From assembly GCA_963775425.1 (NCBI GenBank), contig CAVZJB010000003.1:288001-352000 (forward strand): 64,000 nucleotides of DNA, written 5' to 3'. This document shows positions 19,026-29,024 of this stretch, in pieces; the first letter of the stretch is position 1, and every line of letters begins with the position of its first letter. This stretch comes from an uncultured delta proteobacterium. GTDB lineage: Bacteria; Myxococcota; UBA727; VGSZ01. The position numbers and the translations under genes were made by a program. Under the pieces are notes generated by a model. It worked only from the letters and a program-made list of their open reading frames with translations. It was not told the origin of the DNA and did not search any database.

Positions 19026-20177
19026 TCAAGAATCGAGGGCGCGAAGCAGGTCTTCGGTCAGATCTGCAATGTCCTCGATTCCCACGGAAATCCGGATCAG
19101 ACCGTCGTCGATCCCGAGGGCTTTGCGGTTCTCGGGAGGCACCGACGCGTGCGTCATGATGGCGGGGTGCTCGATCAAGCTCTCGACGCCACCGAGGCTC
19201 TCGGCGCATGCAAAGAGACGCGTCGCGGACAGCAACCGGCGCGCTTTCTCGAGCCCGCCCTTCACCACGAACGAGATCATGCCCCCGGGGCCTCTCATCT
19301 GCCTCTTGCACAGATCAAACTGCGGATGTGAAGCGAGCCCCGGATAGTAAACGCGCTCCACCTCCGCGTGGCCGGCGAGCAACTCCGCGATGACGCGCGC
19401 GTTTTCGACGTGTCTTTGCATGCGCACGTGCAAGGTCTTGGTGGAACGCAACAACAGGAAGCAGTCCATGGGCGCGGGCACGCCCCCGGCCGACTTCTGG
19501 ATGAAGTAGAGGCGCTCCCGCCACTCGTCGTCGTTGGTGGCGATGGCGCCGCCGATGACGTCGCTGTGGCCGCCGAGGTACTTGGTGGTGGAGTGCACCG
19601 CGAGGGTGGCGCCGAGCGCCAGCGGCTGTTGCAGCCAGGGCGTGGCGAAGGTGTTGTCCACGGCGACGGGGACCTTGCCGGCGACGTCGACGACGGCGGC
19701 GATGTCGACGAGCTTCAGCATCGGGTTGGTGGGCGTCTCGAGCCACACGAGCTTGGTCTTGTCCGTGAGCGCCGCCTTCACGTTGAGCGGGTTGGTGAGG
19801 TCCACGTACGAAAACGCGATCCCCATCCGCTGAAAGACCTTGTCGAACAGCCGGAACGTGCCGCCGTACATGTCGTCGCCGGCGACGACGTGATCGCCCG
19901 CGGACAAGCACAGGGCCACCGCGGTGGTGGCGGCGCAGCCCGACGAGAAGCACAGGCCGTGCTTGGCCCCTTCGAGCGAGGCGATGTTGTCCTCGAGCGC
20001 GAAGCGCGTGGGGTTGTGCAATCGACCGTAGTCGAAGCCCTTGTGGACCCCGGGGCCTTCCTGCACGAACGTGGAGGTCTGGTAGATGGGCGTCATGATG
20101 GCGCCCGTCGTGGGGTCGGGGGTTTGTCCCGCGTGGATGGCGCGGGTGCCGAATCCTGCTTTGTCGCCGAGCTTCAT
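19026..20177 (-). CDS. Cystathionine gamma-lyase/synthase (Cys/Met PLP enzyme)
   Basis: [39 protein letters not shown] (PLP Lys), [17 protein letters not shown]. Confidence 0.93.
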   Translation of the reverse strand: MKLGDKAGFGTRAIHAGQTPDPTTGAIMTPIYQTSTFVQEGPGVHKGFDYGRLHNPTRFALEDNIASLEGAKHGLCFSSGCAATTAVALCLSAGDHVVAGDDMYGGTFRLFDKVFQRMGIAFSYVDLTNPLNVKAALTDKTKLVWLETPTNPMLKLVDIAAVVDVAGKVPVAVDNTFATPWLQQPLALGATLAVHSTTKYLGGHSDVIGGAIATNDDEWRERLYFIQKSAGGVPAPMDCFLLLRSTKTLHVRMQRHVENARVIAELLAGHAEVERVYYPGLASHPQFDLCKRQMRGPGGMISFVVKGGLEKARRLLSATRLFACAESLGGVESLIEHPAIMTHASVPPENRKALGIDDGLIRISVGIEDIADLTEDLLRALDS

Positions 20178-20284
20178 CCGGTCCTGATCGCACACAAGCG
20201 TGTCCCTGCACACAGGGACTGCCGGCTTCCGGCGCGCAAGCCCGCTGCACGGACGTTGGCACGCTTTTCGGTTTGCACGAGCGC

Positions 20285-20926
20285 ATGCGCACCCCCATCA
20301 CCCCCCTCCTCGTCGCGCTCGTTCTCCCGTTGGCCCTCACGGCCTGCAAGAGCGCGGGCACCCGCCCCACCGACATGACCGCGCCGGAGCACCGCGCGGC
20401 CGCCGACGTCCAGCGTGACGAGGCGGCGAAGGACGCCGCGAAGTACGACCCGGACGCGCTGGCGACCCAGTTCGTCGACAGCCCCACCGGCACCGGCACC
20501 AACGTCGTCGATTCCAACCCCACCGAGCGCTACAAGATCGCCGCCGAGCAGCACCAGCGCCTGGCCCGCGCGCACGAGAAGGCGGCCGCGGCCCTCGAGG
20601 CGTTCGAGGGGGAGGCCTGCAAGGACATCAAGCCGGCCGCCCGCGCCGCGTGCCCGCTGCTCGGCCCCGTGAAGGACGTGAAGGACATCCTCGGCGGCGC
20701 CCGGGTGGAGCTCATCTATCCCGGTGAGGCCGACGCCCTCGCCGCCCGCATCCAGTGCCACATCGCGTTCGCCAACGTCCACGGCACCGCGGGCCTCGAG
20801 TCCTGCCCGCTGTACATGAAGGGCGTCACCGTGACGGTGAAAAACGGCGAGCTGATCTTCAAGACGCGCTCCGGCGATGAGGTGAAGCACCTCCGCGAGC
20901 TCCTGCGCGAGCACATCATGAAGTGA
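20285..20926 (+). CDS. Hypothetical lipoprotein with several Cys
   Basis: Lipobox LTAC; further Cys in EACKD, ACPLLG, IQCH, SCPLY; strong coding bias. Confidence 0.7.
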   Translation: MRTPITPLLVALVLPLALTACKSAGTRPTDMTAPEHRAAADVQRDEAAKDAAKYDPDALATQFVDSPTGTGTNVVDSNPTERYKIAAEQHQRLARAHEKAAAALEAFEGEACKDIKPAARAACPLLGPVKDVKDILGGARVELIYPGEADALAARIQCHIAFANVHGTAGLESCPLYMKGVTVTVKNGELIFKTRSGDEVKHLRELLREHIMK

Positions 20927-20964
20927 GCGTCGCGCCCGGCCGCGGGCCCGTGTATACGGCCGGG

Positions 20965-21795
20965 ATGAAGCTCACCGGAAAGACCGTCTTCGTCACCGGC
21001 GCGTCCCGCGGCATCGGGCGCGCCATCGCCGTCCGCTGCGCGAGGGACGGCGCCAACGTCGTGCTCGCCTCCAAGACCGGCGAGCCGCACAAGAAGCTCG
21101 CGGGCACCATCCACACGGTGGCCAAGGAGGTCGAGGAGGCCGGCGGCAAGGCGCTGCCCGTCGTCACCGACGTGCGCTTCGAGGAGTCCGTGCAGGAGGC
21201 GGTCGACAAGTCGGTGGCGGCCTTCGGCGGCATCGACGTCCTCGTGAACAACGCCGGCGCCATCTCGCTCACGGGGCTGGAAGACACGCCCGTCAAGAAG
21301 TTCGATCTCATGATGGGCATCAACGCGCGCGCGGTGTTCCTCTGCACCAAGCTGTGCCTGCCGCACCTCGAGAAGTCGACCAACGCGCACGTGCTCTCGC
21401 TGTCACCGCCGGTGAGCCCGGACCCGCGCTGGATCAAGGGGCACGAGGCGTACACCTTGTCCAAGTACGGCATGACGCTGTTGTCGATGGGCTTCGCGGA
21501 GAGCTTCCGCGAAAAGAACATCGCGGTGAACACGCTGTGGCCGCGCACCATCATCTCCACCGCCGCCATCGACATGCTCATGGGCGACGACGGCATGAAG
21601 AAGTCGCGCACCGCAGACATCATGGCCGACGCCGCATACGAGATCCTGAGCACGGAGAAGCTCGCGCTCACCGGCCGCGCCGTCATCGACGAGGACCTGC
21701 TGCGCGAGCGCGGCGTCAGCGACTTCTCGAAGTACCTGAGCGCGCCGGGCGTCGAGCCGCTGCCGGACCTGTACGTCGGCGAGCCGTGGGGCTGA
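20965..21795 (+). CDS. Short-chain dehydrogenase/reductase (HSDL2-like)
   Basis: TGASRGIG, NNAG, YTLSK, NTLWPRT, PHKKLAGTIHT. Confidence 0.9.
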   Translation: MKLTGKTVFVTGASRGIGRAIAVRCARDGANVVLASKTGEPHKKLAGTIHTVAKEVEEAGGKALPVVTDVRFEESVQEAVDKSVAAFGGIDVLVNNAGAISLTGLEDTPVKKFDLMMGINARAVFLCTKLCLPHLEKSTNAHVLSLSPPVSPDPRWIKGHEAYTLSKYGMTLLSMGFAESFREKNIAVNTLWPRTIISTAAIDMLMGDDGMKKSRTADIMADAAYEILSTEKLALTGRAVIDEDLLRERGVSDFSKYLSAPGVEPLPDLYVGEPWG

Positions 21796-21886
21796 TCTTC
21801 GCGGCGCTGCGACGCGGCTCGGCGGCGCGACGTCCGTCGCCGGCGCCGGCGGGGGCGCGAAGCTCGGCCTTCAGGCTCGCCCTCCC

Positions 21887-22432
21887 GTGAGCGCGGCGCT
21901 CTCGCTCGACCTCGCGCACGCGCGCAGGCTCTCGCGCGATGACGCCCTGTTGCGCGCCGTCGGCCGCGACGCCCGCGTCGTCGTCGACGCCACGGCGGGC
22001 CTCGGGCGGGACGCGGCGGCGCTCGCGCGCCTGGGGATCAGCGTGGTCGCCGTCGAGCGCAACGCCGCCGTCGCCGCCGCCTGGCGCGGGGCGCTGAGGC
22101 GGGCCCCGTCGACGCTGTCGCTCATCGAGGGCGACGCCCGCGAGGCCCTCCCGGCGCTGCTCGCGTGCGGCCTGGTCCCCGACGCCGTGCTCGTGGACCC
22201 GATGTACCCGGACGCCGACCGCAAGGCGGCGCAGGGGCGCGAGCTGGTCGAGCTGCGTGCGGTGGTGGGCGACGGCAGCGACGCCGACGCCGCCGAGCTC
22301 CTCGCCGTGGCACGCGCCTGCGCCGCGCGCGTCGTCGTCAAGCGCCCGAAACGCGCCCCGCCGCTCGGCCCCGGCGTGGCCCACGCGTGGACCGGGGCGT
22401 CCACACGCTACGACCTCTACCTGCGGGCGTGA
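21887..22432 (+). CDS. rsmJ: RsmJ/YhiQ-like 16S rRNA m2G1516 methyltransferase
   Basis: VVDATAGLGRDA, VER, DPMYP, RVVVKRP, RYDLY; short N-terminus. Confidence 0.8.
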   Translation: MSAALSLDLAHARRLSRDDALLRAVGRDARVVVDATAGLGRDAAALARLGISVVAVERNAAVAAAWRGALRRAPSTLSLIEGDAREALPALLACGLVPDAVLVDPMYPDADRKAAQGRELVELRAVVGDGSDADAAELLAVARACAARVVVKRPKRAPPLGPGVAHAWTGASTRYDLYLRA

Positions 22433-22459
22433 CGGCGCCGAAGCGACGAGCGCTCGCCG

Positions 22460-23272
22460 CTAGCCGGCTTTGGGCTTGAAGCGCCGGGCTTCGAAGGCCA
22501 ACGAGTGGCCCCAGGCGCGGACGGCGTCGAGCGAGGAGCGCAGCTCGGAGATGCCCTCGTTGGCCATCATCTCGCGCGCTTGATCGAGGGCCTCGCCGAG
22601 GCGCTTTTCGAGGTCGATCTGGATGCGCTGCTCTTCCTCGACGAGCTCGCGGGTCTTGTCCGGGTTGCCCTCGGCCTCGGTGCGGCGCTGGATGGCGTCG
22701 GCCATGGCGCGCTGCGCCTGGACGGGCAGGGGGATCTCGACGACGCCGACGCTGGGGGCGCCGTTGTCTTTGCGCTCGAGGACGGCGCGGCCGTGGACGA
22801 GCAGCGCGGCCTTGTCGGCCTCGGCGTCGCGCTGCCAGTGCTCGACCTCGTCCTTCAGCGCCTCGATGCGCCGCTTGGCGCCCGCGAGCGCGTCGCCCTT
22901 GGCGGCGTGCAGCGCGCGACCGAGCGAAGAGCGCAGCGCCTCGATGAGCGAGATCTCTTCCTCCACGAGCTCCGCGATCTCCCGCGCCTCGGCGACGGCG
23001 ACGGCGGAGTCCTTGGGCAGCTCCTGCCACCCCTCGATGCGCGCGCCCGTGTCCTTGTGCATGCGGTCCACCGCGGCCGTGCGGTCTTCGATCTCCTCGG
23101 CCAGGTGGCGCATCGCGCGCGCCTCGCGGTTTTCGGGGACCGCCCGATCGTGGGGGACGGCGCGGGCGAAGACGCCCGTCTGCGTCGGCGGCGGCGGAAA
23201 GACCTTCTCGATGTCCGCCCGCAAAGCCGAAGCGGCGTCCGCGACGCCGCGCTTTTCCTGAATGGCGCTCAC
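22460..23272 (-). CDS. Hypothetical alpha-helical/coiled-coil protein
   Basis: Starts 4 bp after the cbs stop; Glu/Arg/Leu heptad-like composition. Confidence 0.6.
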   Translation of the reverse strand: MSAIQEKRGVADAASALRADIEKVFPPPPTQTGVFARAVPHDRAVPENREARAMRHLAEEIEDRTAAVDRMHKDTGARIEGWQELPKDSAVAVAEAREIAELVEEEISLIEALRSSLGRALHAAKGDALAGAKRRIEALKDEVEHWQRDAEADKAALLVHGRAVLERKDNGAPSVGVVEIPLPVQAQRAMADAIQRRTEAEGNPDKTRELVEEEQRIQIDLEKRLGEALDQAREMMANEGISELRSSLDAVRAWGHSLAFEARRFKPKAG

Positions 23273-23276
23273 AGCT

Positions 23277-24692
23277 TCACCTCGCCATATGCTCGATGAG
23301 GTCGATCTTGGTCAGGAGCGACAACACCTGCGGCTGACCGCCGTTGGGGCTGCGCTCGATGACGACCGCGATCTTGCCCTGCGCGAAGTGCTGCGAGAGC
23401 GTCGCGATGGAGGTGTCGCGCTCGACGGTGGCCGCGTCGTTGGTGTCGGCCAAGGGCCCCACCGGCGACTTCATGGTCACCTCTCCGTGGACCAGCGCGT
23501 TCAAGACCTTCACCTCGCTGACGAGGCCAAGGAGCTTGCCGGTGTCCGGGTCGATCACGGGGAGCTGCGAGATGCCGTGGGTCTTCATGCGGTCGATGAC
23601 CACGCCGAGGGCGTCGTTGGGACCCGCGGAGATGAGGGCGCCACGGTTGCCGCTCTTGATGATGTCGTCGACGACGCCGGCGACCACCACCTCGCGCTCG
23701 AGGAGCCCGGCGTCCTTCAGCCACTCGTCGTTCAAGAACTTCGAGAGGTAGCGGCTGGAGCTGTCGGGGATGATCACCAGGATGCGCAGCGGATCGCCGC
23801 CCGCGCGCGTGACGCGCTCGGCGTACTTGATGGCGCCGGCGACGGCGGAGCCCGAGGAGCCGCCGCACAGGATGCCTTCCTCGCGGATGAGGCGGCGGGC
23901 CATGACGAAGCTCTCGCGATCGTTGACCTGGACGATGTCGTCCATGGTCTTCAGATCCATGGTGCCCGGCATGAAGTCCTCGCCGAAGCCCTCGACGTAG
24001 TAGCTGTGCGGCGTGGGCCACTTCCCGGTGTGGAAGAGGTCGTAATAGATGCTGCCGACCGGGTCGACGCCGACGACCTTGATGCCCGGCTTCTGCTCCT
24101 TGAGGTAGCGCGAGTTGCCGACGACGGTGCCGCCGGTGCCGATGGCGATGACGAGCACGTCGAGCTCGCCGCCCGTCTGCTCCCAGATCTCCGGGCCCGT
24201 GTGCCGGTAGTGGGCGTCGGGGTTGGCGGGGTTCCAGTACTGCTGCGCGTAGAAGCTGTTGGGCGTCTCCTCGGCGAGCCGCTTGGCCACCGAGTAGTAC
24301 GAGCGCGGATCCTCGGCGTCCACGTTGGTGGGGCAGATGACGACCTGCGCGCCCACCGAGCGGAGCGCGATGCGCTTCTCCTCGCTCTGCTTGTCCGCCA
24401 TGACGAAGATGCAGCGGTAGCCTTTGACCGCCGCGGCCATCGCGAGGCCCATGCCGGTGTTGCCGCTGGTGGCTTCGATGATGGTGCCGCCGGGCTTGAG
24501 CTTCCCGCTCTTCTCGGCCTCCTCCACCATGTGGACCCCGATGCGGTCTTTCACCAATCCGCCGGGGTTCATGAACTCGAGCTTGGCGTACAGCTCGACC
24601 TGTGGCGGCAAATGTGCCGTCACCTTGTTCAACTTCACGATCGGCGTACCACCGACGACCTGGGTGACGTCGGCTCTTGCGCCCTTCATCAT
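23277..24692 (-). CDS. cbs: Cystathionine beta-synthase (PLP domain + CBS pair)
   Basis: KLEFMNPGGLVKDR, EATSGNTG, GTGGT, GGSSGSA, PDSSSRYLSKFLNDEW, C-terminal CBS motifs (HGISQLPV, LTKIDL). Confidence 0.92.
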   Translation of the reverse strand: MMKGARADVTQVVGGTPIVKLNKVTAHLPPQVELYAKLEFMNPGGLVKDRIGVHMVEEAEKSGKLKPGGTIIEATSGNTGMGLAMAAAVKGYRCIFVMADKQSEEKRIALRSVGAQVVICPTNVDAEDPRSYYSVAKRLAEETPNSFYAQQYWNPANPDAHYRHTGPEIWEQTGGELDVLVIAIGTGGTVVGNSRYLKEQKPGIKVVGVDPVGSIYYDLFHTGKWPTPHSYYVEGFGEDFMPGTMDLKTMDDIVQVNDRESFVMARRLIREEGILCGGSSGSAVAGAIKYAERVTRAGGDPLRILVIIPDSSSRYLSKFLNDEWLKDAGLLEREVVVAGVVDDIIKSGNRGALISAGPNDALGVVIDRMKTHGISQLPVIDPDTGKLLGLVSEVKVLNALVHGEVTMKSPVGPLADTNDAATVERDTSIATLSQHFAQGKIAVVIERSPNGGQPQVLSLLTKIDLIEHMAR

Positions 24693-24746
24693 GGGAAGGC
24701 TCCGTACGCCCGCACTACCACAATTTCTCCCCTGGGGAGGGGGGAA

Positions 24747-25577
24747 TCAGGCGACGAGGAACGGGCCCTCCCGCCGCAGGAGCCCCTTGACCTCCAGGCG
24801 CGCCGCCTCGCCGAGCAGGGCCGGCACGCCCAGCCGCGTGGCCCGGGCCGCCTCTTCGACGAGGAGGCGGCCGCCCGCGGCCCGGATCGCCCGGACAACA
24901 GGACCGTGGTCCTCCTCCGGCGCCGGCCGCCCGGCGATGCGCTCGGCCGCCAGCCAGGGCAGGAGCACCCGCGCTTTGCCCTGCTCGACGAGCCGGCAGG
25001 GCACGTACGAGGCCGGCGTGGTCCCGCAGCACGCCCACAGCCGGACCCCGAGGGAGCCCGCCGCCCTGGCGGTGTACAGGGTGCCCGACTGCTCGCGGCC
25101 CTCCACCACGACGACGTCGTCGGCGAGGGCGGCGATGAAGTGGTTGCGGGCGGCGAACAGCGCCCGGTGATGGGGCACCTCGGGCCCGAACGGCGTGAGC
25201 GCGAGCGCGCGATCGCGGGCCGGGTCGAACGCCGCCCGCATCCAGGAGCGCCGCGTGTCGTGGCGCGAGGCGGGGTCGCCGAGGACCGCCACGGTCTTGC
25301 CGCCGGCGCGCAGGGCCGCGAGGTGCGCCTCGCGATCGACACCGACGGCGCCGCCGGAGATCACGGTCACCCCCACCGCCGCGAGCTGCCGCGCGATCTC
25401 CCGCGCGGCCTGGAGCCCGGCGGCGGTGGCCAGGCGCGCGCCGACAATCGCCACCGCCGGCCGCGCCTCCCGCAGGTCGAGCCCGCCGCGCGCCCAGGCC
25501 CGGGCGAGCTGCGGGGGGCGGACGGCGAGGAGGCCGAGGCGATCGCCTTCGAGGACATGGAGCGGTTCGGGGCCCAT
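24747..25577 (-). CDS. dprA: DNA-processing protein DprA/Smf (short form)
   Basis: VAIVGAR, ISGGAVGVDREAH, GGKTVAVLG, FAARNHFIAAL, VVVEGREQSGTLYTA; C-terminal winged-helix LEVKGLL. Confidence 0.85.
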   Translation of the reverse strand: MGPEPLHVLEGDRLGLLAVRPPQLARAWARGGLDLREARPAVAIVGARLATAAGLQAAREIARQLAAVGVTVISGGAVGVDREAHLAALRAGGKTVAVLGDPASRHDTRRSWMRAAFDPARDRALALTPFGPEVPHHRALFAARNHFIAALADDVVVVEGREQSGTLYTARAAGSLGVRLWACCGTTPASYVPCRLVEQGKARVLLPWLAAERIAGRPAPEEDHGPVVRAIRAAGGRLLVEEAARATRLGVPALLGEAARLEVKGLLRREGPFLVA

Positions 25578-25772
25578 ACGAGGACATCCGCCCGAGCCCG
25601 TCCCGATTTGCGTTCCGAGGCTTGGCGGGCCAGATCCCGAGCGCGTCGCCGCGGACGACGACGGCCCGGGTGCGGGGCGGCGGCGCGCCCTCGCGGTTCG
25701 AGCTCGAGCGTCGCCCGAGCTTCAGATTTGGCCGGATGCCAATAAATATCAGCGGGATATCGGAGGAGCCTC

Positions 25773-27110
25773 GTGGAGATTCTCGTTATCGGAGGGGGCC
25801 TGGCCGGCTGCGAAGCGGCGTTTCAGCTCGCCCGGCGCGGCCACGCCGTCACCCTCCGCGAGCAGAAGCCCGCCCGCCGGACGCCGGCGCAGACGAGCGA
25901 TCGCCTGGCCGAGCTCGTGTGCAGCAACTCCTTCCGCTCGCAGAACCCGGAAAATGCCGTCGGCCTGCTCAAGGAGGAGATGCGGCGGCTCGACTCGTTC
26001 CTGCTCGCCTGCGCCGATGAAGCCAAGGTGCCGGCGGGCGACGCCCTCGCGGTGGACCGGGAGCGCTTCGCCGAGCGGGTGGAGCGCGGCATCCGCGCGA
26101 AGGCCACCGTGGTCGCCGGGGAGGTCACGGCGCTCCCCGACGGCCCCGCCCTCGTCGCGACCGGTCCCCTCACGAGCGACGCCCTCGCAGCCGCGATCGC
26201 GGAGGCCTGCGGCAAGGACCGCCTGGCGTTCTACGACGCCATCGCGCCCATCGTGGAGGCCGACTCCATCGACATGGATCACGCCTACGCCATGTCCCGC
26301 TGGAACAAGGGCGACGGCGACGACTACCTCAACTGCGCGCTCGACAAAGAGCAATACGAGGTGTTCCTCGCCGCCCTCCTCGAGGCCGATCGCGTGCACG
26401 CCAAGGACTTCGAGGCGCTGCACTACTTCGAGGGCTGCCTGCCGCTCGAAGTGATGGCGGAGCGCGGCCCCGACACCCTGCGCTTCGGCCCGTTCAAGCC
26501 CGTCGGCCTCGAGCACCCGATCACCGGCAAGCGCGCGTGGGCCGTCATCCAGCTCAGGAAGGAAGACGTGCACGGCACCGCCTACAACCTCGTCGGCTGC
26601 CAGACCCGGCTGCTGCAGCCGGCGCAGCGGGCGGTGTTCGCGCTCGTGCCGGCGCTGAAGGAGGCGCGCTTCCTGCGCTACGGCGCCATCCACAGGAACA
26701 CGTACCTCGACGCGCCCGCGGTGCTCGACGAGGTCAACCGCCTGAAGGGCCGCGATCGGCTGTTCTTCGCCGGACAGATCACCGGCGTCGAGGGCTACGT
26801 CGAATCCACGGCGTCCGGTCTGTTGACCGCCTTGGCGATGGCCGACGTCCTCGAGGGTCGCGCGTTCGTCCCGCCGCCCGCGACCACGGCCCTCGGCGGG
26901 CTGTGGCGCCACGCGCGCGGGACGATGCTCGCCCACGACGACTACCAGCCGTCGAACGTGACGTGGTCGATGATCCCGCCGCTCACGGACGACGGCGCGA
27001 TCGCGGCCGCCTCCGGCGCCAAGAAGAAGAAGCTGCCCAAGGCCGAGAAGCGCCGCCTGCTCGTGGAGCGGGCGCGCCGGGATCTCGAGAGCTGGATCGC
27101 TTCCCGCTAG
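25773..27110 (+). CDS. trmFO: Folate-dependent tRNA (uracil-54) methyltransferase TrmFO
   Basis: [59 protein letters not shown]. Confidence 0.95.
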   Translation: MEILVIGGGLAGCEAAFQLARRGHAVTLREQKPARRTPAQTSDRLAELVCSNSFRSQNPENAVGLLKEEMRRLDSFLLACADEAKVPAGDALAVDRERFAERVERGIRAKATVVAGEVTALPDGPALVATGPLTSDALAAAIAEACGKDRLAFYDAIAPIVEADSIDMDHAYAMSRWNKGDGDDYLNCALDKEQYEVFLAALLEADRVHAKDFEALHYFEGCLPLEVMAERGPDTLRFGPFKPVGLEHPITGKRAWAVIQLRKEDVHGTAYNLVGCQTRLLQPAQRAVFALVPALKEARFLRYGAIHRNTYLDAPAVLDEVNRLKGRDRLFFAGQITGVEGYVESTASGLLTALAMADVLEGRAFVPPPATTALGGLWRHARGTMLAHDDYQPSNVTWSMIPPLTDDGAIAAASGAKKKKLPKAEKRRLLVERARRDLESWIASR

Positions 27111-27119
27111 CATGAGCGG

Positions 27120-28043
27120 GTGACCCCCGACGCCTCGTTCGACGCCGCCGTCCACAGCTACCTCACGCACCTCGAGCACGTGAAGCGCGCGAGCCCCCAC
27201 ACGCTCAAGAACTACGGGCGCGACCTCCTGCAACTGCGCACGTTCCTCGCGGACAAGAAGCACAAGGCGCTCGGGGACCTGAAAAAGCTCGACGTCATCG
27301 CCCTGCGCGGCTTCCTCGCCGAGCGCCACCGGCTCGACGCGACGACGTCGGTGCTCCGAAAGCTCTCCTGTATCCGCGGCTTCCTCAAGCACGCCAAGAA
27401 GGACAAGCGCATCGTGCAGTCGCCGGCGGCGCTCCTCGATTCGCCGAAGCGGCCGAAGTCGCTGCCGAAGACGGTGTCGGTGGAGGAGGCGTCTGCGCTG
27501 TGCGACGGGGGCGACAGCGAGCGGGATCGCGCCGTCGTGGAGCTGCTGTACGGCGCCGGGCTGCGTGTGAGCGAGCTGTGCGGCCTCGACGTCGACGACG
27601 TCGCGTTCGGCCCGGGCGGCGCCGCGGACGGCGGGCACTGGGTGCGCGTGCTCGGCAAGGGCAACAAGGAGCGCCTGGTCCCGTTCCACGACCGCTGCGC
27701 CGAAGCCCTGCGCACGTGGCTCGCGGTGCGCCACCGCTTCGCCATCGAGCAGAGCGGTGACGCGCTCTTCCTCGGCAAGCGCGGCAAGCGGTTGCACGAC
27801 GCCGAGGTGCGCCGCTTCCTCGCGCGCCTCGGGCTCGAGGTCGGCGCGCGGGGCCGCGTCCACCCGCACAAGCTGCGGCACGCCTTCGCCACGCACCTGC
27901 TCGAGGGCGGCGCCAATCTGCGAGGCATCCAGGAGCTGCTCGGCCACGCGAGCCTCTCGACCACGCAGCGCTACACGCACGTCGACGTCGCGCGCCTCAC
28001 CAAGGTCTACGACGCCGCCCATCCCCGCGCCCGCGCCGACTGA
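27120..28043 (+). CDS. xerC: Tyrosine recombinase XerC
   Basis: LLYGAGLRVSE, GKGNKER, HKLRHAFATHLL, LLGHASLSTTQRY; follows trmFO as in the conserved chromosomal locus. Confidence 0.88.
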   Translation: MTPDASFDAAVHSYLTHLEHVKRASPHTLKNYGRDLLQLRTFLADKKHKALGDLKKLDVIALRGFLAERHRLDATTSVLRKLSCIRGFLKHAKKDKRIVQSPAALLDSPKRPKSLPKTVSVEEASALCDGGDSERDRAVVELLYGAGLRVSELCGLDVDDVAFGPGGAADGGHWVRVLGKGNKERLVPFHDRCAEALRTWLAVRHRFAIEQSGDALFLGKRGKRLHDAEVRRFLARLGLEVGARGRVHPHKLRHAFATHLLEGGANLRGIQELLGHASLSTTQRYTHVDVARLTKVYDAAHPRARAD

Positions 28044-28099
28044 GCGATAGGCGCGACCCGTGTTGCCTCGGGCCCGGGCCGCGGGTACGAGCCGCGCCC

Positions 28100-29011
28100 A
28101 TGAAACGCTCTCTCCTCGTCACCCTCGCCGGCGCCGCGCTCTCTTTATCGTGCGCCACCACCCACGAAGCCCACTGGGAGGACAAGCCCGTGGCCAAGCA
28201 GGCCAGCGCGGACGACGCACAGAAGGCGGGCTCCGTCGTCTCCGAGGGAGACGCGCTGTGGGCCGAGCGCGGAGACAAGGCCAAGCTGACGGCGGCCATC
28301 GCCAAGTGGGAGGAGGCGGCCAAGGTCGAGGTCACCGCCGACCTCGCGGTGAAGCTCTCGCGCGGCCACTATTTCCTCGGCGACGGCTACTACGCCCTCG
28401 AGGAGAACCTCGAGCAGCGCGACGCCGAGTACCAAAAGGGCCTCGACTGGGCCACGCAGGCGCTCAAGCTCGCCGCGCCCGACTTCGCCGCCGCCATGGC
28501 GTCGGGCAAGCGCCACGCCGAGGCCATCAAGCTCGCGCCCAAGGATGCCGTGCCCGCGATGTACTGGTACTCGTCCAACCTCGGAAAGTGGGCGGTGAGC
28601 AAGGGCTTCACCACGGTCCTCAAGTACAAGGACGACATCAAGGCCACCATGGAGCACGTGAAGGCGCTCGACCCCGAGTATTTCTACGCGGGCCCCTGGC
28701 GCTACTTCGGCGCGTACGAGGCGCGCACCGCGGGTATCGCCGGCGGAGACCTCGGCCGCAGCAAGGACGACTTCCAAAAGGCCGTGCAGCTCGCGCCCAA
28801 TTACCTCGGCACCAAGGTGCTCTGGGCCGAGTACCTCTGCGTGAAGCACCAGAAGGCCGACGACCCGGACGGCCGCGTCCAGTTCAAGAAGCTCCTCGAG
28901 GAGGTGATCGCCGCCGACGCCAACGTCGACCCGGCCATCGCCGCCGAAAACGCCATCGAGCAGCAGAAGGCCAAGAAGCTGCTCGCCAAGATGGCCGACC
29001 TCTTCTCCTGA
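28100..29011 (+). CDS. TatT-like TPR lipoprotein of a TRAP transporter
   Basis: Lipobox LSC; helical TPR-like repeats; YFYAGPWRYFGAY..AGGD motif; first gene of the TRAP operon. Confidence 0.7.
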   Translation: MKRSLLVTLAGAALSLSCATTHEAHWEDKPVAKQASADDAQKAGSVVSEGDALWAERGDKAKLTAAIAKWEEAAKVEVTADLAVKLSRGHYFLGDGYYALEENLEQRDAEYQKGLDWATQALKLAAPDFAAAMASGKRHAEAIKLAPKDAVPAMYWYSSNLGKWAVSKGFTTVLKYKDDIKATMEHVKALDPEYFYAGPWRYFGAYEARTAGIAGGDLGRSKDDFQKAVQLAPNYLGTKVLWAEYLCVKHQKADDPDGRVQFKKLLEEVIAADANVDPAIAAENAIEQQKAKKLLAKMADLFS

Positions 29012-29024
29012 GCCGGAGGCACCC

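Noticed and set aside
25735-25765. dif site near xerC
   Set aside because: The AT-rich patch does not match the XerC/XerD dif consensus; it is more likely the dprA/trmFO divergent promoter.
27120-28043. Prophage or island integrase
   Set aside because: Size, motifs and position after trmFO fit housekeeping XerC; no att sites or mobile genes are adjacent.
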